64,000 nt of DNA from Minisyncoccia bacterium (GCA_038215155.1 JBBQRF010000001.1:54042-118041); one strand, 5' to 3'; positions 1 through 9,274 are shown, counted from the stretch's first letter. A program made the numbers and translations. Notes: generated by a model from the sequence alone, not told the origin.

Positions 1-309
1 CTTTGCTCGAGTATCCACTTTGTGAGGCGTGATTTTTATCAGTCTTCTTTTAGTTAAGTCACTAGTCATGTTAGTAACGTAAGGAGCTTCCACGCCTAAG
101 ATATCTGCCGCATCACTAGGTTTAATCCCCTCCTCAAACTCACACAAGAGTCCTAAGAGGGCCCAACGTACTGGACCGATTTCTAGCTCGTTAAGATAAA
201 GTGTAGTGTTTTGGTGAAGGATTCGATAAGCTTTCGTCTGAAGTAGCCCTACTTTGTAGGTAGTATTGTTCTTTGCTAGCAGTTTCATTTTTTTCATCAT
301 ATCTTTCAT
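1..309 (-). CDS. MarR-family transcriptional regulator (partial, runs off window start)
   Basis: Minus-strand translation from ATG at 309 is open to position 1: MKDMMKKMKLLAKNNTTYKVGLLQTKAYRILHQ...ILGVEAPYVTNMTSDLTKRRLIKITPHKVDTRAK. The winged-helix segment resembles the MarR recognition helix/wing. It is absent from the ORF track because no stop lies inside the window. Confidence 0.55.
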   Translation of the reverse strand, partial: MKDMMKKMKLLAKNNTTYKVGLLQTKAYRILHQNTTLYLNELEIGPVRWALLGLLCEFEEGIKPSDAADILGVEAPYVTNMTSDLTKRRLIKITPHKVDTRAK

Positions 310-335
310 TGTTCTATACTACTACCGAACACTTT

Positions 336-794
336 TTAAGGCATTAATACCGTGTCAATAATGTGGGTAACTCCATTTGAAGAAATTACATCCGCTATTA
401 CTACTTTTGCATCGTTAATCCATACTCCCCCATCATTTTTGGTAATTTTAAGATCCTTTCCATTTACGGATTTTACCATCTGCTCCCCTTCCTTGAGATC
501 ACCAGCTTTCCAGGCGCCGGATACCACATGATAGGTTAAGATGGATGTTAATTTTTCTTTATTTTCAGGCTCAATCAGCGTTTCTACTGTCCCCTCGGGA
601 AGCTTTTTAAAGGCTTCGTTTGTAGGGGCAAATACGGTGAAAGGCCCGGCGCCTGATAATGTCTCTACTAAATCCGCTGCTTTTACTGCTGCAACCAAAG
701 TAGTGACGTTATTCGCTTGAACGGCGTTCTCTACAATATTTTTTGAGGGATACATCATGGCTCCCCCGACCATTATTCCATTTTCTTCTTGCAT
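336..794 (-). CDS. fasciclin (FAS1) domain protein
   Basis: 152 aa; FAS1-like segments TLVAAVKAADLVETLSGAGPFTVFAPTNEAF and VNGVTHIIDTVLMP. Confidence 0.8.
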   Translation of the reverse strand: MQEENGIMVGGAMMYPSKNIVENAVQANNVTTLVAAVKAADLVETLSGAGPFTVFAPTNEAFKKLPEGTVETLIEPENKEKLTSILTYHVVSGAWKAGDLKEGEQMVKSVNGKDLKITKNDGGVWINDAKVVIADVISSNGVTHIIDTVLMP

Positions 795-1021
795 ATATTT
801 ATTTTGATTAGATTTAATAACACTCGACCTATAACTAATTATAGTTAAGTCGCTTAAGTATATATTAAACCTAATTTAAATGCAAGGGTGCTAGTTCTAT
901 TTAGGAGATTATTTGTGTCTCTTTGCGTTCTTGATCCCTAGTCGTTTTTTGGTTTTTTTTGAACGTGATGTTTTGTTGCGAATATCTACTGATTTTCGTT
1001 TAGCCATAAAATAATGAATTT

Positions 1022-1071
1022 AAATAAATAAAAACTGCCGCCGCACTCTAAAACTACTTTCGCGGCGGCAG
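1022..1071 (-). terminator. rho-independent terminator downstream of cold-shock gene
   Basis: Perfect 10-bp GC-rich stem ctgccgccgc / gcggcggcag (1035-1044 / 1062-1071). On the minus strand it is followed by the T-run tttttatttattt. Confidence 0.65.
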
Positions 1072-1078
1072 TTCGCTA

Positions 1079-1276
1079 TTAAGCTTTTGTAACGTTCTTG
1101 GCAGCCGGTCCTCGGTCTGTATCTTCTACTTCAAAGTTCACTGCATCTCCTTCTCGGAGTTCAGCAAAAGTTGTGCCACTGACGCTCTCTGAATGAAAGA
1201 AAAGGTCCTTAGCTTCGCCCTCGCGAGAGATAAAACCAAATCCTCGATCAGTCAATTTTTTGATTGTTCCAGTCAT
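1079..1276 (-). CDS. csp: cold-shock protein (CspA family)
   Basis: 65 aa; GTIKKLTDRGFGFISREG...DLFFHSESV contains the RNP1/RNP2-like cold-shock-domain motifs. Confidence 0.92.
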   Translation of the reverse strand: MTGTIKKLTDRGFGFISREGEAKDLFFHSESVSGTTFAELREGDAVNFEVEDTDRGPAAKNVTKA

Positions 1277-1333
1277 TGTTTTTTTGTTTAAAATGTATAA
1301 AGCGACCCTTTCTTAAAAAGAAATTAAAAATAA

Positions 1334-1558
1334 TTACTCCGCTCGAGTTCGCAGCCAGTCAATTACGTGCTTTCTGTGTCTGTCCGTTGTCCAACGATCC
1401 CCGTCTTTAAAGAGCGATTGATGCTCGCTTTTAAATTGGTGGAGATTGCTGAGGGTAACCCGTGGGAAACTTTCTGGCACGTTGGAGTTGTAGAAATTCT
1501 GAAATTCATTAATCGAGAGCAGTATCTCGCTAGGGTTTATTTTAGGAGTTTTTGTCAT
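1334..1558 (-). CDS. hypothetical small protein
   Basis: 74 aa from ATG at 1558. The track's longer start at 1567 is a TTG. The ATG lies 1 nt from the stop of the upstream DEAD-box helicase, suggesting translational coupling. No recognisable domain. Confidence 0.35.
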   Translation of the reverse strand: MTKTPKINPSEILLSINEFQNFYNSNVPESFPRVTLSNLHQFKSEHQSLFKDGDRWTTDRHRKHVIDWLRTRAE

Positions 1559-1559
1559 A

Positions 1560-2702
1560 TTAATCAATGAAGGTTAAGGCCTTACCTTTCTTGTTTCCTC
1601 GCCCTGTGCGGCCGATTCGGTGAATATAATCGTCGTTAGTAGCCGGTAAATCAAAATTGATGACGTGGGAAATATTATCTATATCCAAGCCTCGGGCAGC
1701 TACATCCGTCGCCACCAGCACCTGTATATGGTTTTCTTTGAAAAGTTTTAAAGCTCTCTGTCGCTGACTATGATTCTTATTACCGTGGATAGAATCAGAT
1801 TTGAAGCCTCTTTTGCCTAGTATCTGAGAGAGATTTTCCACTCCCCTTTTTGTGCGTCCAAAGATTAGCACTTTTGTAAGCTCTTTTTGGTTTAGTAAAT
1901 CGTGTAGAAGTTCGGTCTTGTTTTGACTTCGGCCGACTCTAATAACGTCCTGCTCCACATTTTTAGCGGTATCTTGGCTTTTGACAGAAATTCGCACTGC
2001 TTCATGCAAGAACTCGTGAATTAATTTATCAATCTCCGGTGAAAGAGTGGCGGAAAAAAATAAAGTCTGTCGCTTCTTTGGCATGGCGCCCATGATAATT
2101 CTCATATCATTGATAAAGCCCATGTCGAGCATTCGATCTGCTTCATCTAAGACAATGGTATTGAAATTAGCTGGACGAATGAGGTGGCGGTTAATCAAGT
2201 CTTTTAATCGTCCCGGCGTACCAATAATAAAATTATTCTTGTATTTTAATTCTCTAATCTGTGGGCCAATAGGCGCTCCTCCCACGCAACAAACAGAAAA
2301 GATTTTCATGCCAGAGGCAAAATCTTTTAGTTCGCTCTGAATCTGAATAGCTAGTTCTCTAGTTGGCACAATAATCATTATTTCCTCCGCCCTATTTAAG
2401 AGAACTTTATTAATTAGAGGAATGATAAAAGCGGCTGTTTTACCAGTGCCTGTGTTGGCGATACCTACCAGGTCTGACCCTTCGAGGATACGACCAATAG
2501 CCCGATCCTGGATGGGAGTCGGCATCGTATACTTTTTATTGACGATAGATTTTTTCAGGATTTGCTCAATCTTGAAATCTTCAAATCGATGTTCAGGTTT
2601 GAAATGCTCCGCTTCTTCCGTAATAACGGCTTTATTGATGAATTTTGCAAAATTGATCTTTTCAGTCTTTCCCTTGAACTTCCGTGGATATTTCTTATAC
2701 AT
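1560..2702 (-). CDS. DEAD-box ATP-dependent RNA helicase
   Basis: 380 aa with Q-motif region, Walker A GTGKTAAF, DEAD, SAT, and HRIGRTGR (motif VI). Confidence 0.92.
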   Translation of the reverse strand: MYKKYPRKFKGKTEKINFAKFINKAVITEEAEHFKPEHRFEDFKIEQILKKSIVNKKYTMPTPIQDRAIGRILEGSDLVGIANTGTGKTAAFIIPLINKVLLNRAEEIMIIVPTRELAIQIQSELKDFASGMKIFSVCCVGGAPIGPQIRELKYKNNFIIGTPGRLKDLINRHLIRPANFNTIVLDEADRMLDMGFINDMRIIMGAMPKKRQTLFFSATLSPEIDKLIHEFLHEAVRISVKSQDTAKNVEQDVIRVGRSQNKTELLHDLLNQKELTKVLIFGRTKRGVENLSQILGKRGFKSDSIHGNKNHSQRQRALKLFKENHIQVLVATDVAARGLDIDNISHVINFDLPATNDDYIHRIGRTGRGNKKGKALTFID

Positions 2703-2790
2703 TTTTCGATAACTCTCACTCGAAAGTTTAGAAAAACTAAGGAGAATCGTTATAGCCCTATATTACTAGAGAAACCGGAATACGTCAAGG

Positions 2791-2827
2791 AAAACGCCGC
2801 ACGCCCATGGGCGCGCGGCGTTTTCAC
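2791..2827 (-). terminator. GC-rich hairpin terminator after secreted-protein gene
   Basis: cgccgcacgccc-atg-ggcgcgcggcg hairpin flanked by A-run and T-run (aaaa / ttttcac). It lies directly downstream of the stop of the gene at 2849..3556 on the minus strand. Confidence 0.5.
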
Positions 2828-2848
2828 TAAAACTTAGTTTCGATCTGG

Positions 2849-3556
2849 TTATCTTCGAAAGATTTTGAAAAACCAGCCGAAGAGACTAACTCCACTTGCA
2901 TGAGCGTCGATGAAAGCTTGTAAGGATGCTTGCTCTCTAACCAATACTTGAATTTGAGTGTTCAATTCTGCCTTTATAGCAACGTCAGTAGAAGAAGCAG
3001 CTAAAGCTCTTAATTGATTGATGGTTACTGTGGTGTTGGCTACCGCTGCTCTAAGGAGACTTAAACTAGTTTCATCTGTTCCAAAAAAGAAAACATGAAG
3101 TCGGCCTTGTCCTTCAAGATGGGACATTGCCGCAACAGTGCTTGAGCTTGAATGATCTTGATCTTCAGCAATGACACGAACCTTGGCTCCTATTCCTTTA
3201 TCGTGATCAGCAATATTAAGGAGATGCTGAACGAAACTAGCAACAACGCTTCGGTGCATGTCAGCACTTTCCTCACCCTGTGTTTCTACATCATTATCAT
3301 TCTTATCTTCGTTTCGTACCGTGGTAGTACTAGAATTATGTCCCGACACTTCGTCGCGTTCTCCACGATCTTTATGGCGAGAGTTTAAGTCACCATCAGC
3401 ATCTATTTCTTCAGAGGTATTTGCAGAATCTTCACCATTAGTAATCTTTAGTTGTGAATTCACGGAGGTTCGGAAATTTGTTTCCGCAAAAGCAAAACTG
3501 GAACTTATCAAACTAAGCATAAGGGCTAGGGATAAGAAAAGACTTGTTTTTTTCAT
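2849..3556 (-). CDS. secreted hypothetical protein (signal peptide)
   Basis: 235 aa; N-terminal MKKTSLFLSLALMLSLISSSFAFA signal-peptide-like segment; acidic, Ser/Asp-rich mature part with a predicted helical C-terminus. No recognisable catalytic motif. Confidence 0.5.
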   Translation of the reverse strand: MKKTSLFLSLALMLSLISSSFAFAETNFRTSVNSQLKITNGEDSANTSEEIDADGDLNSRHKDRGERDEVSGHNSSTTTVRNEDKNDNDVETQGEESADMHRSVVASFVQHLLNIADHDKGIGAKVRVIAEDQDHSSSSTVAAMSHLEGQGRLHVFFFGTDETSLSLLRAAVANTTVTINQLRALAASSTDVAIKAELNTQIQVLVREQASLQAFIDAHASGVSLFGWFFKIFRR

Positions 3557-3687
3557 GTTTAATATTTAATTAGTTATTAATAAATAAATCGGATAATACC
3601 CTCTACATCATAGCAGACGTATCGTCACAATCACTCTTACACACCCTCCTCTTTCAAAACGGCTTATTGTATGCTTATATTTAATTT

Positions 3688-5028
3688 ATGAAATCTTATT
3701 TACATTCATTGGGCAAGTGGCCGATCTGGCATAATTACAGTCCTACAGAATGGGTCTTAATAAGTGTCGGCGCACTTGCATTATTTTATATTGCTCTAAA
3801 TTTTTTTACATCTTTTGGAGATCAGACTCCTCCTCCTAAAATTGACTCTTCTGTCAGCTTAAATGATATCGGCCAATTTGAGGAAACTTTAGCGCATGCT
3901 GTAAATTCCAATATTTATGATATGCCTTCCGATTCGGTAAAAATATTAACTAATGGTGGTGAATTCCTGCCCGACTTATTGTCTGAAATCCAAACGGCAA
4001 AAAGTTCAATTTCAATCACCGATTATATTTGGGACGGTGGCAGTTTCGGCAACACATTATTTGAAGCATTAATTAAGAAAGCTCAGGAAGGGGTAGAGGT
4101 CAAAGTGCTGGTTGACGGGACTGGTGGGCATAAGGCAGATACAGACCTAATTAAAAAACTAGAACAGGCCGGAGGCAAGTTCGCTCGATTTCGTCCTGTC
4201 AGGTGGTGGAATTTAAATCGTATTGATCGCCGAACCCATGTACGAGATTTTGTCATTGATAATAAAACTGCCTATGTGGGAGGCATTGCTATTTCCGATT
4301 TATGGCTTGGAGATGCCACCACTTCCAAATCTTGGCATGATTTTATGTTTAAGTCGGGTGGATTATTAGCAGATCAATCCGCCAAGATTTTTAATGTAAT
4401 GTGGAGCAACACTACTGGAGAAATTTTACAAACATCATCCAACACAGAACTTGGTGGGAAACTAGCTCCAAAAGGCTCTAGTTTTGTCCCACTATTCAGT
4501 GTCCCCTCACCTGATATGTCTCACAATATGGAACATTTCATTTGGCTTTCAATGGGTGCAGCTGACCACTCCATCCATATTGAAAATCCATATCTTGTGC
4601 CGAGTAAATCTTTGCTTCAGATGCTGGAAAATAAAGCTCGAGAAGGTGTGGACGTAAAAATTATTGTCCCGGGGAAAAACACCGATGCTAAATACACTAG
4701 GTGGGCTACCCAGTCTTTCTACTCAGAGTTATTAAAGGCGGGGGTAAGAATTTTTGAATACCAACCTTCCCGTATACATGCCAAAATTATGGTGTTTGAT
4801 AATAAATGGAGCATTGTAGGGTCAGCTAACCTAGACAATCGTTCCAGTCAGATTAACCTAGAGTATGTAGTAGGTATTGCAGATCCTAAATTTGCCACTA
4901 ATTTAGAAGATAAGTTTCAAGAGGATTTAACCAAGACCAAAGAGATTACCAAGGAGAATTGGAAAGGTACCTCAACATTCAAACTTCCTTTTGAATTAGT
5001 TTCTAAAATATTTATTAAGCAATACTAA
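3688..5028 (+). CDS. cls: cardiolipin synthase / phospholipase D family protein
   Basis: 446 aa; N-terminal TM helix; two HKD motifs, HVRDFVIDNKTAYVGGIAISD and HAKIMVFDNKWSIVGSANLDNRS. Confidence 0.85.
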   Translation: MKSYLHSLGKWPIWHNYSPTEWVLISVGALALFYIALNFFTSFGDQTPPPKIDSSVSLNDIGQFEETLAHAVNSNIYDMPSDSVKILTNGGEFLPDLLSEIQTAKSSISITDYIWDGGSFGNTLFEALIKKAQEGVEVKVLVDGTGGHKADTDLIKKLEQAGGKFARFRPVRWWNLNRIDRRTHVRDFVIDNKTAYVGGIAISDLWLGDATTSKSWHDFMFKSGGLLADQSAKIFNVMWSNTTGEILQTSSNTELGGKLAPKGSSFVPLFSVPSPDMSHNMEHFIWLSMGAADHSIHIENPYLVPSKSLLQMLENKAREGVDVKIIVPGKNTDAKYTRWATQSFYSELLKAGVRIFEYQPSRIHAKIMVFDNKWSIVGSANLDNRSSQINLEYVVGIADPKFATNLEDKFQEDLTKTKEITKENWKGTSTFKLPFELVSKIFIKQY

Positions 5029-5044
5029 AGTTATCACAGAGTAG

Positions 5045-5431
5045 TTGATTTTACCGCGGTTATTACTTACCATATCACTAGATATGGACTCTTCTGATTC
5101 TTACGATACGTTATTAAGTATTCTATTCGATATAGGTGGTGCGATGGTAGTTTTTCTCAGCATCTATGGTGCTGTCATGGGTTGTCGAAAATACATTTGT
5201 GGAAGGTGTTTCCTGCCCTTTGTGCGAAGATATTGGCATTCGGGCCCCGTTTTCCACTCGTACCCTGACGAAAAAGATAATTATATCTACACTCGGCATA
5301 ATTTGATGAAGGAGTGTCGGCGACCACAATGTAGATACCGTAACGCATTGGATACCTATGAGGTGCCGTCAGAGACCGATGAGTTTTTGGAGCACATAAG
5401 TGTGCATAGTATGGAGACGGAAACATGGTGA
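5045..5431 (+). CDS. hypothetical Cys-rich protein (uncertain)
   Basis: 128-aa ORF in a 0.5-kb gene-free stretch; Cys pairs CRKYICGRC and ECRRPQC. A plus-strand terminator follows at 5525-5555. Composition looks GC-richer than the neighbours. No homology recognised. Confidence 0.25.
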   Translation: MILPRLLLTISLDMDSSDSYDTLLSILFDIGGAMVVFLSIYGAVMGCRKYICGRCFLPFVRRYWHSGPVFHSYPDEKDNYIYTRHNLMKECRRPQCRYRNALDTYEVPSETDEFLEHISVHSMETETW

Positions 5432-5524
5432 TAATTATAAGTGGTTTACTCGTAGTACTTCTCTGTTTAAGTTGGTTCCTCTTGTTCCTCTGGATCAAGC
5501 TATGTAAGAGTACCCAGGAATTTA

Positions 5525-5555
5525 ATCTCGACTGAAGGTGGTCGAGATTTTTTAT
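5525..5555 (+). terminator. rho-independent terminator (plus strand)
   Basis: atctcgac-tgaaggtg-gtcgagat hairpin followed by ttttttatc. Confidence 0.5.
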
Positions 5556-6038
5556 CTATGATAGAAGTGTTTTTAGAAGATTTTCAATATCAAGTGGCAA
5601 GGTTACCATCTCCACCTCGCCATCATTGTTAACTTTCCATTCAGATCTAGGGCGGTCTGCATAAAGTTCTATTCCGTTACCATCTGGATCATTAAGATAA
5701 ATAGCTTCTGAAACTCCATGATCAGATGCGCCCGCTAGAGGATAATTTACATCGATTAATTTCTGCAGAGTGTGCGCCAGTTCTTTTCTACTGGGATACA
5801 AAATAGCCGTATGATATAAACCGGTGTGGCCGCTCGGTGCTGGTGTGCCCCCCAAACTCTCCCAGGTGTTGAGCCCAATGTGGTGATGATAACCACCCGC
5901 CGAAAGAAAGACGGCTTCTTTTCCGTAGCGAGCAGTCACTTCAAAACCAAGCATGTCTCGATAAAAACCGAGAGCTCGCTCTAGATCGGCCACTTTTAAA
6001 TGTACGTGGCCGATCGTTACATCCCTATGAACCCCCAT
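5556..6038 (-). CDS. VOC/glyoxalase-family protein (extradiol dioxygenase-like)
   Basis: 160 aa; IGHVHLKVADLERALGFYRDMLGFEV is a typical glyoxalase/bleomycin-resistance fold N-terminus; HHHIGL metal-binding region. Confidence 0.8.
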   Translation of the reverse strand: MGVHRDVTIGHVHLKVADLERALGFYRDMLGFEVTARYGKEAVFLSAGGYHHHIGLNTWESLGGTPAPSGHTGLYHTAILYPSRKELAHTLQKLIDVNYPLAGASDHGVSEAIYLNDPDGNGIELYADRPRSEWKVNNDGEVEMVTLPLDIENLLKTLLS

Positions 6039-6667
6039 TATTGAGTCAGAGTAAACTGGACAATATTGCTAGTGCCATTTTTATTTATGACGCTGACAGA
6101 ATAAGTTCCCGGAGTTAATCGAATGGCAGTAATACCGACGCAAGCCCCTGCATCGCTACAGAGAATGCCCGAAGGGCCACTAGCCGGTACGATAAAAGTC
6201 AGCGTTTTGCCATTGGTCGAACCGCTAGTACTAATTACATTATCTGCAGATCCATCCTTATGGTGTCGCCCGCCTGAAGTGCCGAATGTGATTTGATTCG
6301 AGCGGCGATCAAAATTTAGACCCGTAATTGTTACTTCAGTGCCTGCATTTCCGCTCGATGGCTTTAGAGAAGTAATTTGCGGCTTGGAAGTCACAGTCGT
6401 TGCTGTTGTGGTGGAAGTGGTTGTAGAAGAAGTAATTGAGGTAGTAGAGGTAGAATTTGAAGTTGAATCAATTACTATCACTGGTTTGGCAGATGCGCGG
6501 TGGGAAATATTTCCGACGACGACAGAAGAAGTTTCCGCCATGCTTAAGACGTCAGCAGTCTTTTGATATTGAACGCCTAGATAAAAAGTTAAAATTGGTA
6601 ATAGCAAAATAAAGACAATTAGTGCTGCTAAACGTGAGTACCAGGTATATTCATTCCATTGAATCAT
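6038..6667 (-). CDS. membrane-anchored protein with Ser/Thr-rich linker and IPT/TIG-like domain
   Basis: 209 aa; N-terminal TM helix; low-complexity TSNSTSTTSITSSTTTSTTTATTVTS linker; C-terminal PQITSLKPSSGNAGTEVTITGLNF resembles IPT/TIG. The start overlaps the glyoxalase gene by 1 nt. Confidence 0.5.
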   Translation of the reverse strand: MIQWNEYTWYSRLAALIVFILLLPILTFYLGVQYQKTADVLSMAETSSVVVGNISHRASAKPVIVIDSTSNSTSTTSITSSTTTSTTTATTVTSKPQITSLKPSSGNAGTEVTITGLNFDRRSNQITFGTSGGRHHKDGSADNVISTSGSTNGKTLTFIVPASGPSGILCSDAGACVGITAIRLTPGTYSVSVINKNGTSNIVQFTLTQ

Positions 6668-6704
6668 AATAATTTGTGGTTAATAGTAATTCAAATATTA
6701 TATC

Positions 6705-7844
6705 TTATTTTTTATTTTCATAGTATTTCTGTCCATGAAGTTTTTCTGGCAATAAATCTTCTTTAGTATAGCGATCGTATCCTTTATGATAACCGAGATC
6801 TTTCATTAATTTAGTCGGGGCATTGCGAATCTTGAGAGGAACAGGCAGATTGCCAAATTTCCTGACGTCTACCAACGCTCGGCCGTATGCTTCGTATGAT
6901 GCCTTGGACTTTGGTTGACGGCATAAATAAACGGTGCCGTCAGCCAAATTAATAGCACATTCCGGCAAACCAATAACTTCTACTGCTTTAAAAACTTCGT
7001 TCGCCACTACTAATGCAGTAGGGTTGGCCTGCCCGACATCCTCCGATGCAAAAATAACCATTCGTCGTGCAATGAATTTAGGCTCCTCCCCTGACTCAAT
7101 CATTCGTGCCAAGTAATAAAGCGCTGCATCGGGCTGACCGGCGCGCATGCTCTTAATAAAGGCGCTAATAGTGTTGTAGTGTTCATCCCCTTTCTTATCA
7201 AAGCGTAGAAATTTATTTTGCATAGTCTCGGCCAAAGTCTCCAGCGTAATTTCTTCATATAATTTTGAAACTGCCTCGAGCATGGTAATAGCTTGCCGAG
7301 CATCTCCGTTTGCCATAGCTACCAACCACTCTTTCGCTTTATTAGAAAGTTTTAACTTTGTCCGATCAATTATCTTAAACATCTCATTCTCACTTAATTC
7401 ATTCAGTACAAAAACGCGACAACGGCTAAGTAGGGCTGGTATCACTTCAAAACTCGGATTTTCTGTAGTCGCCCCAATTAAAGTAATATCGCCACTCTCC
7501 ACATAAGGCAAAAGAAAATCCTGCTGAGTCTTATTGAAACGATGAATCTCATCTAAAAATAAAAGTTTTGGCTTCGAGAGTAAGGTTTTCTTTCCCAACA
7601 ATTGTTTAATATCTTCCTTGCCTGCCGAAACTGCGGAAAGATGATGGAATTCCACATCCAATGCGGCCGCATATATTTTAGCCAGGGTAGTTTTACCTAC
7701 ACCGGGTGGACCCCATAAAATAAAAGAGAAAAGGTGCTTTTCTTGTATAGCCATGCGCAACGGCTTATTGGGGGCCACCAAATGACCTTGCCCAACAAAT
7801 TCCTTTAGACTGCGAGGTCTAATGCGGGAAGCTAACGGTTCCAT
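6705..7844 (-). CDS. rarA: replication-associated recombination protein A (AAA+ ATPase)
   Basis: 379 aa; GPPGVGKTT Walker A, LFLDEIHRFNKTQQD Walker B/sensor region, and a MgsA-like C-terminal domain. Confidence 0.9.
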   Translation of the reverse strand: MEPLASRIRPRSLKEFVGQGHLVAPNKPLRMAIQEKHLFSFILWGPPGVGKTTLAKIYAAALDVEFHHLSAVSAGKEDIKQLLGKKTLLSKPKLLFLDEIHRFNKTQQDFLLPYVESGDITLIGATTENPSFEVIPALLSRCRVFVLNELSENEMFKIIDRTKLKLSNKAKEWLVAMANGDARQAITMLEAVSKLYEEITLETLAETMQNKFLRFDKKGDEHYNTISAFIKSMRAGQPDAALYYLARMIESGEEPKFIARRMVIFASEDVGQANPTALVVANEVFKAVEVIGLPECAINLADGTVYLCRQPKSKASYEAYGRALVDVRKFGNLPVPLKIRNAPTKLMKDLGYHKGYDRYTKEDLLPEKLHGQKYYENKK

Positions 7845-8017
7845 AGCAAGGCACTCCTCTTTAGAACAAAGAAAGAGTCACTAGCTTGTTATGAAACTTC
7901 AGAAAGATCTGGAAGTGATTAGCAAAGCGATGTTTCGCTCGTTTTAATCGCTTCTCCTTTGTTTGATAATCGTAATACATCATATTATTTAAGACGTGAA
8001 TAGTTAATAAACCTTAC

Positions 8018-8587
8018 TTAGTATTTTCTAATGACTGCCCGGACGATTGCCGCAATTCTCATTTGATACTGGGGATAAATATTTGAATATTTCTTATTGG
8101 CTGGCTCGAGATAGGCCTGTCCACCCTTATCGTAGCGTAGGTATTTCATTGTCCATCCTCCATCGACTTCAGCAATGACGATATCGCCTGCTTTAGCCGT
8201 ACCTTTTCGATCCACTAGGACCATGTCCCCTTCTTCAATGTGAGCTTCAATCATGGAGTCACCTTTTACCTCTAAAAGATAGGAAGAATCTTTATTTTCC
8301 ACTAAAAAATCTTCTAAATTCAAAGTATTATCCTTGATCTCATCAGCTGTCTCGGGAATACCGGCTTCCACTACTCCTAATAAAGGAATTTCATTAAAGA
8401 TGTTGTTGAGAGTAATTCTCCCCATCGCATCCTTGTTCAAAACCTCTTCTTCTACCAGGCGATTAATTAATTTAAAAACAGCATTCTTAGATTTGAAGCC
8501 GAGAAGATTCATAATCTCTTTATAGCCTGGCAAGCGGCCGTGTTTTTGATAGAAAGCGACAATTTTATCTTTGTATTCTATTTTCAT
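8018..8587 (-). CDS. lexA: LexA repressor (S24 peptidase)
   Basis: 189 aa; N-terminal wHTH; C-terminal GDSM (Ser nucleophile) and downstream Lys dyad; cleavage-site-like VEAG region. Confidence 0.9.
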   Translation of the reverse strand: MKIEYKDKIVAFYQKHGRLPGYKEIMNLLGFKSKNAVFKLINRLVEEEVLNKDAMGRITLNNIFNEIPLLGVVEAGIPETADEIKDNTLNLEDFLVENKDSSYLLEVKGDSMIEAHIEEGDMVLVDRKGTAKAGDIVIAEVDGGWTMKYLRYDKGGQAYLEPANKKYSNIYPQYQMRIAAIVRAVIRKY

Positions 8588-8588
8588 A

Positions 8589-8798
8589 TTAGAAAAGGGT
8601 TAGGCCAAAATTGCTACTAAGTTTCTGCCCCAGCCACGAACTCCCTTCGCTTTGAAGACGGTTGAACCGTGATAGTAATATCTTGTGACGAGTGGAAAGA
8701 TTCCTATATCCTCGACCTTCAATAATAGCCAGATCAATCTGCTCATTTAGCTTGTCTAATTCATAGCGGATTCTTGTTAATAAGGCGTTTTTTGACAT
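8589..8798 (-). CDS. small helical hypothetical protein co-transcribed with lexA
   Basis: 69 aa from ATG 8798 (MSKNALLTRIRYELDKLNEQIDLAIIEG...). Its stop TAA is 1 nt before the lexA ATG. The track's longer N-terminus would read through the upstream terminator hairpin and is rejected. Confidence 0.4.
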   Translation of the reverse strand: MSKNALLTRIRYELDKLNEQIDLAIIEGRGYRNLSTRHKILLSRFNRLQSEGSSWLGQKLSSNFGLTLF

Positions 8799-8811
8799 GA
8801 ATATATTATAG

Positions 8812-8827
8812 GTGAACGATAGTTCAC
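8812..8827. promoter_or_regulatory. candidate LexA (Cheo-type) box overlapping promoter
   Basis: Perfect palindrome GTGAAC-GATA-GTTCAC (GAAC-N4-GTTC core). On the minus strand it is immediately followed by TATAAT and then ATATTC-ATG of the small ORF. Confidence 0.45.
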
Positions 8828-8861
8828 CTGTCAAATAGATGGCTGTGGATAACTTTGAAAA

Positions 8862-8894
8862 AGCAAAAGGTCCTGCGCAAGCGCAGGACCTTTG
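8862..8894 (-). terminator. rho-independent terminator after the 8911..9249 gene
   Basis: ggtcctgcgc / gcgcaggacc perfect stem; T-rich tail on the minus strand (ttttgctttttc). Confidence 0.6.
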
Positions 8895-8910
8895 AATCAA
8901 AACTAACTAA

Positions 8911-9249
8911 TTATCGGAAGAATCCTTCGATTTCCTCGCGAATGTCCTCGACGGTACTGAGATCAGCAACTCCGTCGCTCAAAAAGCGAACGGCTCGAGA
9001 AGATCCATTTTCACCACTACCGACGCGGTGAAAGCGACCATTCGTGATTACTACCTTTCGAACTGTTATCACGGATACTGACAGTCCTTTCATATTTTCT
9101 TTTTGCTGATTTCGCGCCGAACGAGGACCATCAAGGATTTGATCTTTGAACGGAACGACAGATTTAGGTTTATTTGAAGTACTTTTTCTGGCAGCCTTCT
9201 GGTTTTTGCCTTTTCGAGATGGAGTAATTTTTCCAGCCATTCTAAACAT
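8911..9249 (-). CDS. hypothetical basic protein
   Basis: About 113 aa from ATG 9249 (alternative ATG at 9240; the track start at 9291 is TTG). N-terminal Lys/Arg-rich region. No confident family assignment. Confidence 0.4.
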   Translation of the reverse strand: MFRMAGKITPSRKGKNQKAARKSTSNKPKSVVPFKDQILDGPRSARNQQKENMKGLSVSVITVRKVVITNGRFHRVGSGENGSSRAVRFLSDGVADLSTVEDIREEIEGFFR

Positions 9250-9274
9250 ACAATACCAGGTAAATAGGAAATAG

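Noticed and set aside
1367-1570. 67-aa plus-strand ORF antisense to the 74-aa minus-strand ORF
   Set aside because: Of the two, the minus-strand ORF is favoured by its coupling (1-nt spacing) with the upstream helicase gene and by the operon's strand. Neither has motifs, so the plus-strand one is rejected as its shadow.
2047-2837. Plus-strand ORFs (2047..2340, 2422..2712, 2562..2837) overlapping the DEAD-box helicase gene
   Set aside because: They lie entirely antisense to a well-supported gene with clear helicase motifs and have no motifs or SD of their own. They are typical shadow ORFs.
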